The position numbers and the translations under genes are program-made. A stretch of DNA of 64,000 nucleotides, taken from an uncultured delta proteobacterium. Lineage in GTDB: Bacteria > Desulfobacterota > Desulfomonilia > UBA1062. The stretch spans positions 224,001 to 288,000 of the forward strand of contig CAVVYZ010000002.1 of assembly GCA_963752595.1 (NCBI GenBank). Direction: 5' to 3'. The notes under the pieces were generated by a model. That model ran no database searches and was not told the DNA's origin. It saw nothing but the letters and a program-made list of their open reading frames with translations. Below, piece after piece: positions 28,636 to 39,308 of this stretch. Within the stretch, counting starts at the first letter, position 1. The number at the start of each line of letters is the position of its first letter.

Positions 28636-29373
28636 ATGGAAGAAACGATCGGCGAGAAGTTCCAGAGAGATACCAAGTATGACCGAAAGCGGATGCCCAG
28701 AGGGTCTGTGGACCTGGATGGGAAGCCTCCCATGTACAAGGAATACCCAGAGGCGAGAAAGATCGCTCTGAACGCCGTGGAGAGATGCGGCGACATGAGC
28801 CTCCATGAGGCCCTTCTCCGCAGGAAGAGTCAGAGGCGCTTTATAGATGCGCCGATCTCCCTGGATATGCTTTCCTGTGTCTTATGGTCATCGAGCGGCA
28901 TCCAGCGGAAGGAAATGGGTTTTGAATTCCGCACGGCCCCTTCTGCAGGTGCCCTTTATCCCATCGAGACCTACATCATCGCCAATCGGGTTGCAGGGAT
29001 TGAAAATGGTGTGTACCACTACCAGGTGAAGCATCACCTCATGGAAGAATTGCAGCTGGGCGATTTCGGCGGGAGAATCGAGCATGCAGCCCTCGGCCAG
29101 CAGATGTGCGCAGGCGCTGCGGCTGTAATCGTATACACTGCCCTGTTCGAACGATCGGTCTGGAAATACAAGCAGAGAGGGTTTCGTTACATCTATCTCG
29201 ATGCCGGGCACATGGCGCAGAACCTGGCGCTTGCCTCGACCAGCATCGGCCTCGGGTGCTGCCACATCGGTTCCATGTTCGACAACGAGGTGAATGAGAT
29301 CATCGGGGCGGACGGCATACGTGAAAGCGTCCTGTACATGAGCGTGATCGGCCAGACCGGAATGGATGTCTGA
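28636..29373 (+). CDS. SagB/ThcOx-type nitroreductase family protein
   Basis: RRKSQRRF, RTAPSAGALYPIE, YLDAGHMAQN. Confidence 0.9.
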   Translation: MEETIGEKFQRDTKYDRKRMPRGSVDLDGKPPMYKEYPEARKIALNAVERCGDMSLHEALLRRKSQRRFIDAPISLDMLSCVLWSSSGIQRKEMGFEFRTAPSAGALYPIETYIIANRVAGIENGVYHYQVKHHLMEELQLGDFGGRIEHAALGQQMCAGAAAVIVYTALFERSVWKYKQRGFRYIYLDAGHMAQNLALASTSIGLGCCHIGSMFDNEVNEIIGADGIRESVLYMSVIGQTGMDV

Positions 29374-29713
29374 TTCTTTTAAAAAATCAGCCTCGGGTTC
29401 CTTTCAAGTGAGGGTCTATGGGGAGATACTCAGCTTGATTTGTGAACCCAAGGCTTAAGGGTTAAAATAGGAACCAGAGAAGGGAAGTCAAGGGCACCGG
29501 CATCAGATTTTTGATCCTCTCCGGCAAAAGACTCTGGTTTCATACCTCGGACACCTTTTTGCTCATAATCCGTACGATTCACGATTAATAATTATTTCCC
29601 GGTAAATTTCCGATATGTCCGGGATGCATCAATCTGTTTCACGGAGGTTTTGTGTTCGTGCTCTACACAAAAACGGAAAAGGATCACTGTTCTGATATTT
29701 GAGGAGGAGGGGA

Positions 29714-31075
29714 ATGAACAAGAAGCCGACGTATGATGAGCTGCTGGCAAGGCTTAAGGAGCTCGAGACAAAGGTCTTACACGATACGGAGCGGTTCGCC
29801 GAAATATGCAAGAATATCTCGGAGATTATCTTTGAGCACGATCTGGAAGGCACCTTTTCCGATATCAATCCCCATTACCTGGGCCGGCTCGGATATTCCC
29901 GGGAGGATATGATCGGGAAAAACACCAGGAACATGATGCCTCAGCGTTACCGGAAACAGTTTGACGATTATCTCCAGCGGGTGATTTCACATGGAAAAGA
30001 TGAAGGACTCATGCAGGTCATGGCAAAAGACGGGAGCGTACATATCATCGAGTACAAGAACGCCCTGAAAGATGACGGCAAGGGGAACAAGTCCGTGCTC
30101 GGCATTGCACGTGACGTTACCGAGCAGCTGGAGACCGAACAGTCGCTCATCGAGAGCGATACCCGGTTCAGGCTAATCATCGATTCGATCGAAGACGGAT
30201 ATTTTGAAGTCGATCTCGGAGGTAATTTTACCTTTTTCAATCATCGTGTCCACGAACACCTGGGATATACCCAAGGAGAGCTGATGGGGAAGAATTACAA
30301 GTTGCTGATGGATGAGAAGAACGCGGAATACGTCTTTAACTCCTTTCATAATATTTTCATATCAGGAGAGTCGATCCAGTCCATGGAATGGGAGCTCATG
30401 AAAAAAGACGGGACCTTTATCTATGTGGATACATCCGTCTCCCTACGGAAAAACCGGAAGGGCGATCCAATCGGTTTTCAGGGCATTATCCGCGATGTCA
30501 CGGAACGGAAGCGAACCGAGCAGGAACTGGCCTATATGGCGTACCATGATCCTCTCACCGGCCTCTATAACAGGAAGGCTTTCATGGAGAAGCTCGTCGA
30601 CACGCTCCGGGAAGCAAAGCGCTATGAAAACAGGAGAGGGATTCTGTACCTTGATCTGGACTCATTCAAGAAGGCTAACGATGTTTACGGCCACGAGATC
30701 GGCGACAAGATTCTCATCGAGGTCGCTTCCCGGCTGAAGGACGCCTTAAGGGGCAGCGACTACATCAGCAGGCTGGGCGGCGATGAGTTCACCGTCATCC
30801 TCACCAATTCCCAGGATCTCCATGCGGAACGCGTTGCCGAGAGGATCGTCCAGTATGTCTCGGAACCGTACAAGATTGGGGGAATTTTCATTGATTTTAT
30901 CTCGGCGAGTGTAGGCATCAGCATCTTTCCCGATGACGGTTACGATGCGCAGCTGCTCCTGAAGCATGCGGATTCCGCCATGTACAAGGCCAAGGAGCAG
31001 AAGGGCTGTTTCATGCGCTACAGCAACGTTATCCCTTATCCGGCGGGCCAGGCAAGGGCCAAGAAGAATTCCTGA
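29714..31075 (+). CDS. PAS-PAS diguanylate cyclase
   Basis: Two PAS domains; HDPLTGLYNR, DLDSFK..ND..GH, RGSD I-site, RLGGDEF. Confidence 0.95.
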   Translation: MNKKPTYDELLARLKELETKVLHDTERFAEICKNISEIIFEHDLEGTFSDINPHYLGRLGYSREDMIGKNTRNMMPQRYRKQFDDYLQRVISHGKDEGLMQVMAKDGSVHIIEYKNALKDDGKGNKSVLGIARDVTEQLETEQSLIESDTRFRLIIDSIEDGYFEVDLGGNFTFFNHRVHEHLGYTQGELMGKNYKLLMDEKNAEYVFNSFHNIFISGESIQSMEWELMKKDGTFIYVDTSVSLRKNRKGDPIGFQGIIRDVTERKRTEQELAYMAYHDPLTGLYNRKAFMEKLVDTLREAKRYENRRGILYLDLDSFKKANDVYGHEIGDKILIEVASRLKDALRGSDYISRLGGDEFTVILTNSQDLHAERVAERIVQYVSEPYKIGGIFIDFISASVGISIFPDDGYDAQLLLKHADSAMYKAKEQKGCFMRYSNVIPYPAGQARAKKNS

Positions 31076-31232
31076 TCCTGCCCCCTGGCGGCCTGCAAGG
31101 GTGTGGTACGTTTTCCTCGGATGCCTTGCCGGCTGTTCCACAAATTCCGGCCGAATGATCCGGACTCACGAATAAACATCAAGTTACGTAAAAGCCCCCT
31201 GCCGGGCAGGGAGCTTCACATCTTATATCTTC

Positions 31233-33209
31233 CTAAACCTCGATGGCGTCGCCTTCCATGAGTTCTTCCACGGTAATGGCCTCGGCCATGATATTGCCGA
31301 TGGTCTTCGAGAAAAACGACGGGTCTTCGACTTTGCCGCCTTCGGAGACGACCGCCAGGTCGAAGAGGAGCCGTGCATAGTCCTTCAGGAGGGGGTCCTT
31401 GCTGTTCTTCTCGTAGATGAATTTGATGTTCGCGAGGCAGGGTGGTCCATGTTGATTTCCAGGACCCTCTTTGCGGGCTCTGGCTTCTGGCCGGTGGCCT
31501 TGAGGATCTTTTCCATGTAGGCGCTCATGTCGTACGCATCGCCGGACAGGCAGGCCATGGAATTCTTCAGGTGCGTCGAGGGCTTTACATCCTTGACCTT
31601 GTCCTTCAAGCTCGTCCTTGATGAATTCGAAGAAGTCCTGTACTCGTCTTTCTTCTTGTCGTCGATTTTCTCGATGTTCGAGATCGCCCTTCTCGGCGCT
31701 CTTGAAGATTCTTTTTATCGAATTCGGCGCAAGATCCCGGACAACCCACTCGTCGATGGGGTCGGTCATGAGGAGCACCTCGATATCCTTTTCCTTGAGC
31801 CGTTCCAGGTGCGGGCTGTTCTTCAGGGTCGTGGTGTTTTCTCCCGTGATGTAGTAAATCTCTTCCTGGTCCGGCTTCATGCGGTCCGACATAATCGCTT
31901 GAGGGAAATCAGGTTGCCGTCGGATTTCGTGGTCTGATACCGGAGCAGCTTCGCGATCCTGTCGCGGTTTTCGTAGTCCGTCGGAGATGCCGATTTTGAG
32001 GATGGGGCCGAATTCCTTGTAGAACTGCTCGTATTTTTCCTTTTCCAGACCTTCGAGGAGCTCGAGAATCTTCTTGACGAGGTTCTTCCGGATATTCCTG
32101 ACCAGGGCGTCCTGCTGGAGGATCTCGCGGCTGACGTTGAGGTTCAGGTCCGGGGCGTCGACGACGCCCTTGATGAAGCTCAGATACTGGGGCATCAGTT
32201 CCTTGCAGTCCTCCATGATGAAGACGCGCTTGCTGTAGAGCTGGATCCCGTGCTTTCTGTTCCTGGATGGAGAGGTCGAACGGGAGCTTGGACGGGGATG
32301 TACAGAAGGGCGTTGTATTCCGTCGTGCCTTCGAGCTTCAGGTGGAGGTGCGCGAGCGGCGGGTTCCAGTCGTGGCTGATGTGCTTGTAGAATTCGTTGT
32401 ATTCCTCCTCGGTGACTCCTGATTTGTTCCTGGCCCAGATGGCCTTCATGGAGTTGAGCGTTTCTTCCTGGATGACCTTTCTGGTCGTGTAGCCGATCGG
32501 TTTGCCGTCCTTATCCTTATGAGCTCATCGTCCGGGATGGGCTCCTGTTTTTTCGACATCCATGACGACGGGATAGTCCACGAAGTCGGAGTGTCTCTTT
32601 ACGATCCCTCGGATGGTCCATTCTTCGGTGAAGTCCTGCTCGTCCTTCCCCTGCCTTTTTCAGATGGAGGATGATGGTCGTGCCCCGCGATGCCTTTTCG
32701 GTTTCCTCGATGGTATAGGACCCGTCGCCGGTGGATTCCCACCTGACGGCCTGTCTCCTGCCCGGCGGCTTTGGTGATGAGGGTGACCTTGTCGGCGACG
32801 ATGAAGGAGCTGTAGAACCCGACGCCGAACTGGCCGATGAGCTCCGGCGTCAGAAGCTCTCTTTCTTCTTCGCCCCGTCGATTGCCTCCAGAAAAGCTTC
32901 GGTGCCGCTCTGGGCGATGGTGCCGATGTTCTCCACGACCTCGTCATAGGTCATGCCGATGCCGTTGTCCTCGATCTTGAGGGTCCGCTTCTCTTTGTCC
33001 GGGATGATCTTGATCTTGAATTCCGTGTCGCCGCCCAGGATGTCGGAATCGGTCTGGGACTTGAACCTGATCTTGTCGATGGCGTCCGAGGCATTGGAGA
33101 TGAGCTCCCGCAGGAAGATCTCCGGATGGGAATACAGGGAGTTGATGATGAGGTTGAGAAGTCTCTGTACTTCGGTCTTGAACTGACGGGTTTCCTTCTT
33201 ATGCTCCAT
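31233..33209 (-). CDS. htpG: Hsp90 chaperone HtpG (several frameshifts)
   Basis: [53 protein letters not shown] across frames. Confidence 0.95.
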
Positions 33210-33261
33210 AGCACCTCCGTTTTGTCTGGTATCTCAAATACGTGCCGGATATCACTGGATT

Positions 33262-33290
33262 ATATAGGAACCCGGGGCTCATAATTCAAG
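33262..33290 (-). promoter_or_regulatory. Putative sigma32 (RpoH) promoter of htpG
   Basis: Minus strand CTTGAA-N16-CCTATAT ~50 bp upstream of the htpG start. Confidence 0.65.
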
Positions 33291-33433
33291 GCCCGGCTCC
33301 AGAGGAATATCATCTTAAGATATCCCATTTCACTTCCGGCACGCTCATTCCGCGGTTCAATTAGCATATGCTTTTGTCCAGTTCAATACCTCCCATTGGT
33401 GAAAAGGGCAAACCGATTATACCATCCACACAC

Positions 33434-33462
33434 TTGAACTTTCCGGCAGATTGAGTTATGGT
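33434..33462 (+). promoter_or_regulatory. Putative sigma70 promoter of the acyl-CoA dehydrogenase-etf operon
   Basis: TTGAAC-N17-TATGGT. Confidence 0.4.
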
Positions 33463-33516
33463 GCAGCCCCGGGCCGTACTGTATGAGCCACCAAAGAGGA
33501 AGGAGTTTAGGGGTCA

Positions 33517-34665
33517 TTGGTATTCAATGCATGCATGAAGCATAAACTGGTTCGCAAGAGCGTGCGGGAGTTCGCAGAGGCCGAGCTCGGGCCCATTGCC
33601 CATGAGATCGACCGCGAGGCCCGGTTTCCCGTAGAGGTTGTCGAGAAGATGCGCTCTTTGAATTTTTTCGGGCTTCAGGTCCCGAAAAAGTATGGCGGAG
33701 CCGAGGCTGACAGCATCAGCTACGCCATTACGGTGGAGGAGATCTCGCGGGTGAGCGGCGCCATGGGCCTGTGTATCACGGTCCACAACAGCGTGGGCAT
33801 CTATCCCATCCTCAAATACGGCACGGAAGAGCAGAAACAGCGCTTCATCCCCAAGCTCGCGAGCGGTGAGCATATCGGTGCATTCTGCATCACCGAGGCC
33901 AATGCAGGCTCGGATGCAGGCGGCGTTGAGACGAACGCGGTCCGCGACGGCGACGAGTACGTGATCAACGGCACCAAGATTTTCGTAACCAACGGCGGGG
34001 TATGCTCCACGCCTCTGATCTTTGCCGTTACAAACCCGGAAAATCCCGGCAGGAGTGCAAGCCTGTTCATCGTGGAGAAGGGCATCCCCGGCTTTACCGT
34101 GGGCGAGATCGAAGACCTGTGCGGGATGCGTGCAAATCCTGTTTCCTCACTGTTTTTCGAAGACTGCCGGGTTCCGAAGGAGAACCTGCTCGGGAGAGAG
34201 GGCGACGGCCTCAAGATCGGGTTCAAAGCGCTGGATACGGGCCGGATCGGGATCGGGGCCCAGGCCGTGGGCATTGCCCAGGCGGCTCTGGAGGCATCCG
34301 TCAAGTATTCCAAGGAGCGCCAGCAGTTCAGGAAGCCCATCGCTTCGTTTCAGTCCATCCAGAACATGCTGGCAGACATGGCCACCGAGATCGATGCGGC
34401 ACGCCTCCTGGTCTACCGGGCCTGCGCATCCAAGGACGCAGGCCGGGATTTCGGCAAGGAAGCCGCCATGGCAAAGCTCTATGCCAGCGGCGTTGCCTCC
34501 CGAGTGACCGGGAACGCGATGCAGATTCACGGAGGGTACGGATACAGCAGGGAATATGACGTGGAGCGGTTTTTCAGGGACGCGAAAGTAACCGAGATCT
34601 ATGAAGGAACGAGCGAGGTCCAGCGCATGGTGATCTCGAGGGCGATCCTGACGGAGCCCATATGA
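33517..34665 (+). CDS. Acyl-CoA (butyryl-CoA-type) dehydrogenase
   Basis: FCITEANAGSDA, NGTKIFVTNG, RQQFRKPI, QIHGGYGY, EIYEGTSEVQR. Confidence 0.93.
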   Translation: MVFNACMKHKLVRKSVREFAEAELGPIAHEIDREARFPVEVVEKMRSLNFFGLQVPKKYGGAEADSISYAITVEEISRVSGAMGLCITVHNSVGIYPILKYGTEEQKQRFIPKLASGEHIGAFCITEANAGSDAGGVETNAVRDGDEYVINGTKIFVTNGGVCSTPLIFAVTNPENPGRSASLFIVEKGIPGFTVGEIEDLCGMRANPVSSLFFEDCRVPKENLLGREGDGLKIGFKALDTGRIGIGAQAVGIAQAALEASVKYSKERQQFRKPIASFQSIQNMLADMATEIDAARLLVYRACASKDAGRDFGKEAAMAKLYASGVASRVTGNAMQIHGGYGYSREYDVERFFRDAKVTEIYEGTSEVQRMVISRAILTEPI

Positions 34666-35507
34666 GAGCAGGGAATGCGACAGACATGCTGAAGATGATC
34701 GTCTGCTTAAAGCAGGTGCCGATGGTGAGCGAGCTCCCGTGGGACCCGAAGACCGGGACTCTCACCCGGGATGCTGCGGAGGGCATGATGAACCCGGCGT
34801 GCAAGTCCGCCATGGAGGCAGCACTGCGCCTCAAGGAAACCCATGACGGCCACATCACGGCGATTACCATGGGCCCTCCCATGGCCATGGAGGTTCTCCA
34901 CGAGGCCATCGCCATGGGAGCGGACCGCTGCCTCATGCTCTCCGATCCCCGCATGGCCGGCGCCGATACGCTGGTGACGTCCTTTACTCTGGCCCGGGCC
35001 ATCGAGATATTCTGCGCCGACTATGATCTCATTCTCTGCGGGTGCCACACCTCGGACAGCGAGACCGCCCAGGTCGGACCGCAGATCGCAGAGGAGCTCG
35101 ACATCCCCTCGGCAGCATATGTGGAAGACCTCTCCGTGAGGGGCAAGACCATGAGGATACAGAGGATCTCGGACCACTTTCTCGAAACCCTGGAGATGGA
35201 TCTCCCCGGGCTCATCACGGTCACGACCGGGCATTTCACGCCCCGGTACATCCCCATCGGAGGGCTGCAGGATGCCTTCAACGAGCCCAATATCCTGACC
35301 GTAGGCGCCCATGACTTAAGCCTGGACGAAGATACCATCGGCCTCAAAGGCTCGCCCACGAAGATCCTGGAGGTCTTCTCGTCCACGGCGGGAAAGAAGA
35401 ACGTGGTCCTCACCGGCGCGCCCAAGAAGATCGTGGAAGAGCTGTTCAGACGGTTCGACGACACCATCGGCAGCGTGATCAGAAAAGACCTGAAGGCGGT
35501 GAAGTAG
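34662..35507 (+). CDS. etfB: Electron transfer flavoprotein beta subunit
   Basis: VCLKQVP, TMGPP, AMGAD, GADTLVT, TAQVGPQIAE. Confidence 0.93.
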   Translation: MRAGNATDMLKMIVCLKQVPMVSELPWDPKTGTLTRDAAEGMMNPACKSAMEAALRLKETHDGHITAITMGPPMAMEVLHEAIAMGADRCLMLSDPRMAGADTLVTSFTLARAIEIFCADYDLILCGCHTSDSETAQVGPQIAEELDIPSAAYVEDLSVRGKTMRIQRISDHFLETLEMDLPGLITVTTGHFTPRYIPIGGLQDAFNEPNILTVGAHDLSLDEDTIGLKGSPTKILEVFSSTAGKKNVVLTGAPKKIVEELFRRFDDTIGSVIRKDLKAVK

Positions 35508-35510
35508 GCC

Positions 35511-36512
35511 ATGGCGAGTAAGAAGCGCAGCATATGGGTGTTCGGCGACTACCGGAACTATTTTCAGAACCGGGTGACCCTGCAGCTGATCTCCCGGGCG
35601 AACGATCTGGCGAAGATCATCGGGGCAGAGGTCTGCGTCACGGTGTTCGGCCATGAGACGGATGAGTGGGTGGGAGAATACGTTGCTCACGGGGCCATGA
35701 AGGTGTACGTGTGCGATCACCCGGACCTGAAATTCTACAGCAACGACGTGTACATCACCCTGATGGAGCGTCTCGTGCGGCAGTACGGGCCGGAGATTCT
35801 CCTCGTGGGTGCGACCACCTTCGGCAGGGAGTTTGCACCACGCCTGGCAAAGCGTCTGAAGACCGGGCTCACTGCCGACTGCATCGGCCTCGACATCAAT
35901 GAAGACGGGATTCTCGTCCAGACCGCGCCTGCATTCGGCGGCAACCTCCTCAGCAGGATCATCACCCCGGAGAAACGGCCCCAGATGGCAACGGTGCGTC
36001 CGGGGACGTTTCAGGAGATTCCCCATAACTACCAGGCAACCGGAGAGATCGTTTCTGTGCCCCTGCCCAAGGATCTTCCCAAAGACAGGATACGCCTGAT
36101 CAGCTCGGAACGGCAGCCTTTACGCGAGCAGAAGCTCGAGGATGCGGCTGTTGTGGTGTGCGGCGGTCGGGGCATGGGGAGCAGGAAAAAGTTCAAGAAC
36201 CTTTATGAGCTTGCCAGGGTTCTGGGAGGGGAGGTCGGCGCCACCCGGCCTGTGGTCTATTCCAAGTGGGCGGAGGAAGACACCCTCGTGGGACAGGCGG
36301 ACAAGCACATCAAGCCCAAGGTGCTCTTCTCGCTCGGCATCAGCGGCGCGATCCAGCATACGGCGGGGATCAAGGACGCAGGGTTCATCATTGCCGTGAA
36401 CAAGAACCCCAACGCCGTCATGATGAAGATGGCCGATGTGGCGATCGTGGCAGATGCCGGCCAGGTCTGCACGGCCCTGATCAGGGAGCTCAAGAAGCGC
36501 ATCCGTTCCTGA
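35511..36512 (+). CDS. etfA: Electron transfer flavoprotein alpha subunit
   Basis: GLTADC, PQMATVRPG, GGRG, GATRP, GISGAIQH. Confidence 0.93.
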   Translation: MASKKRSIWVFGDYRNYFQNRVTLQLISRANDLAKIIGAEVCVTVFGHETDEWVGEYVAHGAMKVYVCDHPDLKFYSNDVYITLMERLVRQYGPEILLVGATTFGREFAPRLAKRLKTGLTADCIGLDINEDGILVQTAPAFGGNLLSRIITPEKRPQMATVRPGTFQEIPHNYQATGEIVSVPLPKDLPKDRIRLISSERQPLREQKLEDAAVVVCGGRGMGSRKKFKNLYELARVLGGEVGATRPVVYSKWAEEDTLVGQADKHIKPKVLFSLGISGAIQHTAGIKDAGFIIAVNKNPNAVMMKMADVAIVADAGQVCTALIRELKKRIRS

Positions 36513-36529
36513 TGCCCGCTTTCTTTACG

Positions 36530-37141
36530 CTAAGAAAAAAGCCTGGATGCCGTCGTTGCAACGAGCCTGCCCTGGTATCTCGCTCCTTCGAGCTCTGCTT
36601 CAGACGGCCACCTTTCCCCTTTAGGCCCTGTGATCGTGGATGCGCCGTACGGGGAGCACCCCATTATCTGATCCATGCCGGTCTGCCCTTTGAAGGAATA
36701 CGGAAGACCTACGACGATCATCCCTAAATGGAGCAGGGTTATATGAACGGTAAGGATGGTCGATTCCTGGCCGCCATGCTGCGTCCCTGAGCTGGTAAAT
36801 ACGCTTCCCACCTTTCCCACCAAGGCATCACCGGCCCAAAGCGATCCTGTTGCATCGAGGAACTGGCGCATCTGGCCGATCATATTCCCGTAGCGCGTAG
36901 GGGTTCCGAATATGAAGGCATGATAATCAGCCAGGTTTTCCACCTTTGCTTCCGGGATGTGGGCAAACTTCTTCTGTGCCTCTATCGCACCCTGCCTGGC
37001 AAGGATTTCCTGGGACAGAGTTTCCGGGACGCGGAGTATATCCACCCGGGCTCCGCTCACTTCCCTTGCACCTTCCGCTGCTGCCTCCGCCATGCGGTAG
37101 ATGTGCCCATAGGTCGAATAGAACAGGACAAGCACCTTCAT
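36530..37141 (-). CDS. wrbA: NAD(P)H:quinone oxidoreductase WrbA
   Basis: [32 protein letters not shown]. Confidence 0.95.
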   Translation of the reverse strand: MKVLVLFYSTYGHIYRMAEAAAEGAREVSGARVDILRVPETLSQEILARQGAIEAQKKFAHIPEAKVENLADYHAFIFGTPTRYGNMIGQMRQFLDATGSLWAGDALVGKVGSVFTSSGTQHGGQESTILTVHITLLHLGMIVVGLPYSFKGQTGMDQIMGCSPYGASTITGPKGERWPSEAELEGARYQGRLVATTASRLFS

Positions 37142-37371
37142 ATCTCCTATCTCCTTCTTTTTTTGTCCGGGGTTGGTTATGGTGGTATGATAATTTTTTT
37201 CCATCATTTCTTGTAGGACATAGTACGGACGGAACAGTCATAATCAAGGCATATCAGATGGGTATGGAAGGAAGAATGCAAGCAGTGGCGGTCCGGGCAG
37301 CTGTTTATCAGACGGCTGAGATCGATGGCGGAGAGAATTAAGGGGACGTTTTTCCCAGACAGGCGGGCTGC

Positions 37372-38262
37372 ATGATTCAGATAGATGAACGCTGGAATGA
37401 TCTGAGCTCGGAGCTCAAAAGGTGCAAGGCTGGAAAGCTCGTCTATGCTGTCGGAGCAAGTGATCGCGGCAAAACGACATTCTGCGGGTATCTTGCGGAT
37501 GCCTTGAGCAAGGGCGGCCTGACCGCATATATTGACTGCGATCCCGGGCAATCTTTCATCGGCCCGCCGACAACGATCGGGCTGCAGGCAGTGGGATCGG
37601 AAGTTCCTGAAGACTGTTTCCCCCTCCTGTATTTTACCGGAGCGCTTTCTCCAGAAGGCCACCTGCTCCAGAATCTGACCGGAATAAAGAAGCTTGCCCA
37701 AAAGGCAGCTACCTTGGGATTTCAATCTATCATCCTCGACTCTTCGGGTTTTATATCGGGGAGCATCGCACAGGAATTTCAATTCCAGGTCATCGATCTC
37801 CTTCAGCCGGGATACCTCGTTGCCTTTCAATACGAGGAAGAGCTGGAAGGCCTTCTCAGGAACTTTGCCGGATATCCCGGGATGAATATAATCAGAATGC
37901 CGGTTTCAGCAGCAGTGCAGGCACGCAGCATGCGGGAACGATATCAATACCGGACAGAAAGGTTCAAGGAATATTTCAAAGGAAGCCGTCTCCATGAGCT
38001 CCTTCTGTCCGAGACAGGACAGCATGGGATGATTCCGGATTATACCCGGCCGGACACTTTTGACAACCTCCTTGTCGGCCTGTGCGATCCGGAGAACCTC
38101 ACCCTGGCAGTCGGCATTGTCAGGGCATATAACGGGGAGGACGCAATACTGACCGTATGCGCACCATTATCGGATATCTCTGCGGTGAGAACGATCCGGT
38201 TCGGCTCCGTGTATCTGAATACCAGGGATTTCAAGACAAGCTCAGCACCCTTTCGGCAATAA
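37372..38262 (+). CDS. Clp1/Grc3-family polynucleotide 5'-hydroxyl kinase
   Basis: P-loop GASDRGKTT, DCDPGQ..IGPP, ILDSSG, R..YR..RF..YF lid-like motif. Confidence 0.82.
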   Translation: MIQIDERWNDLSSELKRCKAGKLVYAVGASDRGKTTFCGYLADALSKGGLTAYIDCDPGQSFIGPPTTIGLQAVGSEVPEDCFPLLYFTGALSPEGHLLQNLTGIKKLAQKAATLGFQSIILDSSGFISGSIAQEFQFQVIDLLQPGYLVAFQYEEELEGLLRNFAGYPGMNIIRMPVSAAVQARSMRERYQYRTERFKEYFKGSRLHELLLSETGQHGMIPDYTRPDTFDNLLVGLCDPENLTLAVGIVRAYNGEDAILTVCAPLSDISAVRTIRFGSVYLNTRDFKTSSAPFRQ

Positions 38263-38427
38263 ATTTCTCAAGAAAACAGGACCATGAACATGCTATGTAC
38301 GTTACAGGCTGGAAATCCTGAAAAAACTGTGCTAGAGGAAAACACCTTTATTTTTAAGCTATGCATGCATAGAGACACTTAAAGATGAGCAGGAATTTGA
38401 TTAAGATCCAGAGTGAAAGGAGAGCAT

Positions 38428-38805
38428 ATGGCATCGAAGCTTCGGAGTGCAAGAGAGACCCAGAAGGCAGTATGGCAGGACAAGCTTGCGGGGCGAATGA
38501 ATGAGTTGAAAGGTATGGGGGTAGATGGCAAAAATATCGAGAAGGATCCCATCATCAGAAAATTAAAGGCCAAGGTTCGTGAAGCAACCTTCAGGCTTAC
38601 CGCCATAGTGGGCAGAGAGAAGAAACTCGAAGATATGGCCAGAACCAGGGAAGAAAAGAAAGCCGCGCCTCCGAAGGAAAAGGGGAAGAAGGCTGCCGCT
38701 CCGGTAGAGGAGAAGAAGTCCAAGAAGAAGGAAAAGAAGAAAGAAGGATCTGAACAGGCACCAAAGAAAGAATCGAAGAAAAAGGCTGAGGCAACGGCTT
38801 CGTAG
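38428..38805 (+). CDS. Lys-rich hypothetical protein
   Basis: Helical N-terminus plus KKAAPPKEKGKKAAAP...KKKEKKKE tail; SD AAGGAG. Confidence 0.7.
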   Translation: MASKLRSARETQKAVWQDKLAGRMNELKGMGVDGKNIEKDPIIRKLKAKVREATFRLTAIVGREKKLEDMARTREEKKAAPPKEKGKKAAAPVEEKKSKKKEKKKEGSEQAPKKESKKKAEATAS

Positions 38806-38885
38806 GAAAAACCGGCAGAACTCGGCGACATCGTTATCCAAGGGGAGAGTAATCTCAGCCCTTTTAAGGAACAGATACAACGATC

Positions 38886-38913
38886 CCCCCGCTCCGCACA
38901 AGGGAGCGAGGGG
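38886..38913 (+). terminator. Hairpin downstream of the Lys-rich gene
   Basis: CCCCCGCTCC-GCACAAG-GGAGCGAGGGG; no clear U-tract. Confidence 0.4.
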
Positions 38914-39308
38914 CGCCTTGCATTAAATGTATCAGCTGCAATCTGACCTTACAAATAAAGAATATAGACTACAATAAGGCCTGACAGTAGACCCTTTCCC
39001 TATTCGCTGAAAGCAAAGATATCGTGCCAAGATATGGACTTTCACGTTGTATGCTCCAGAGTATAGATTATATCAGGAGATTATAGGTCTTCAAACTCGT
39101 CGATACCATCATTAGATCGCAGATATTCAGGGTCTGGATAGAGCTTCATATTTTATAGATTGTCTTCCAGCATTGCCGGTTATGATCTTTTTTAATGCTC
39201 TTTGTGCTGAGCTTTGTATCATGACATGAAAAATCCAGGGATTTGTGATTACAACCCCGGTATGATATGAATGTATTCTGAACTGAATGAAATGAAGGAG
39301 CATGGGGG

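Noticed and set aside
23602-29373. RiPP cluster from the SagB-type enzyme and CPBP protease
   Set aside because: No YcaO, precursor peptide or transporter; the genes are unlinked and common as stand-alones.
33361-33387. CIRCE element near htpG
   Set aside because: Only TTAGCA matches; the right arm GAGTGCTAA is absent.
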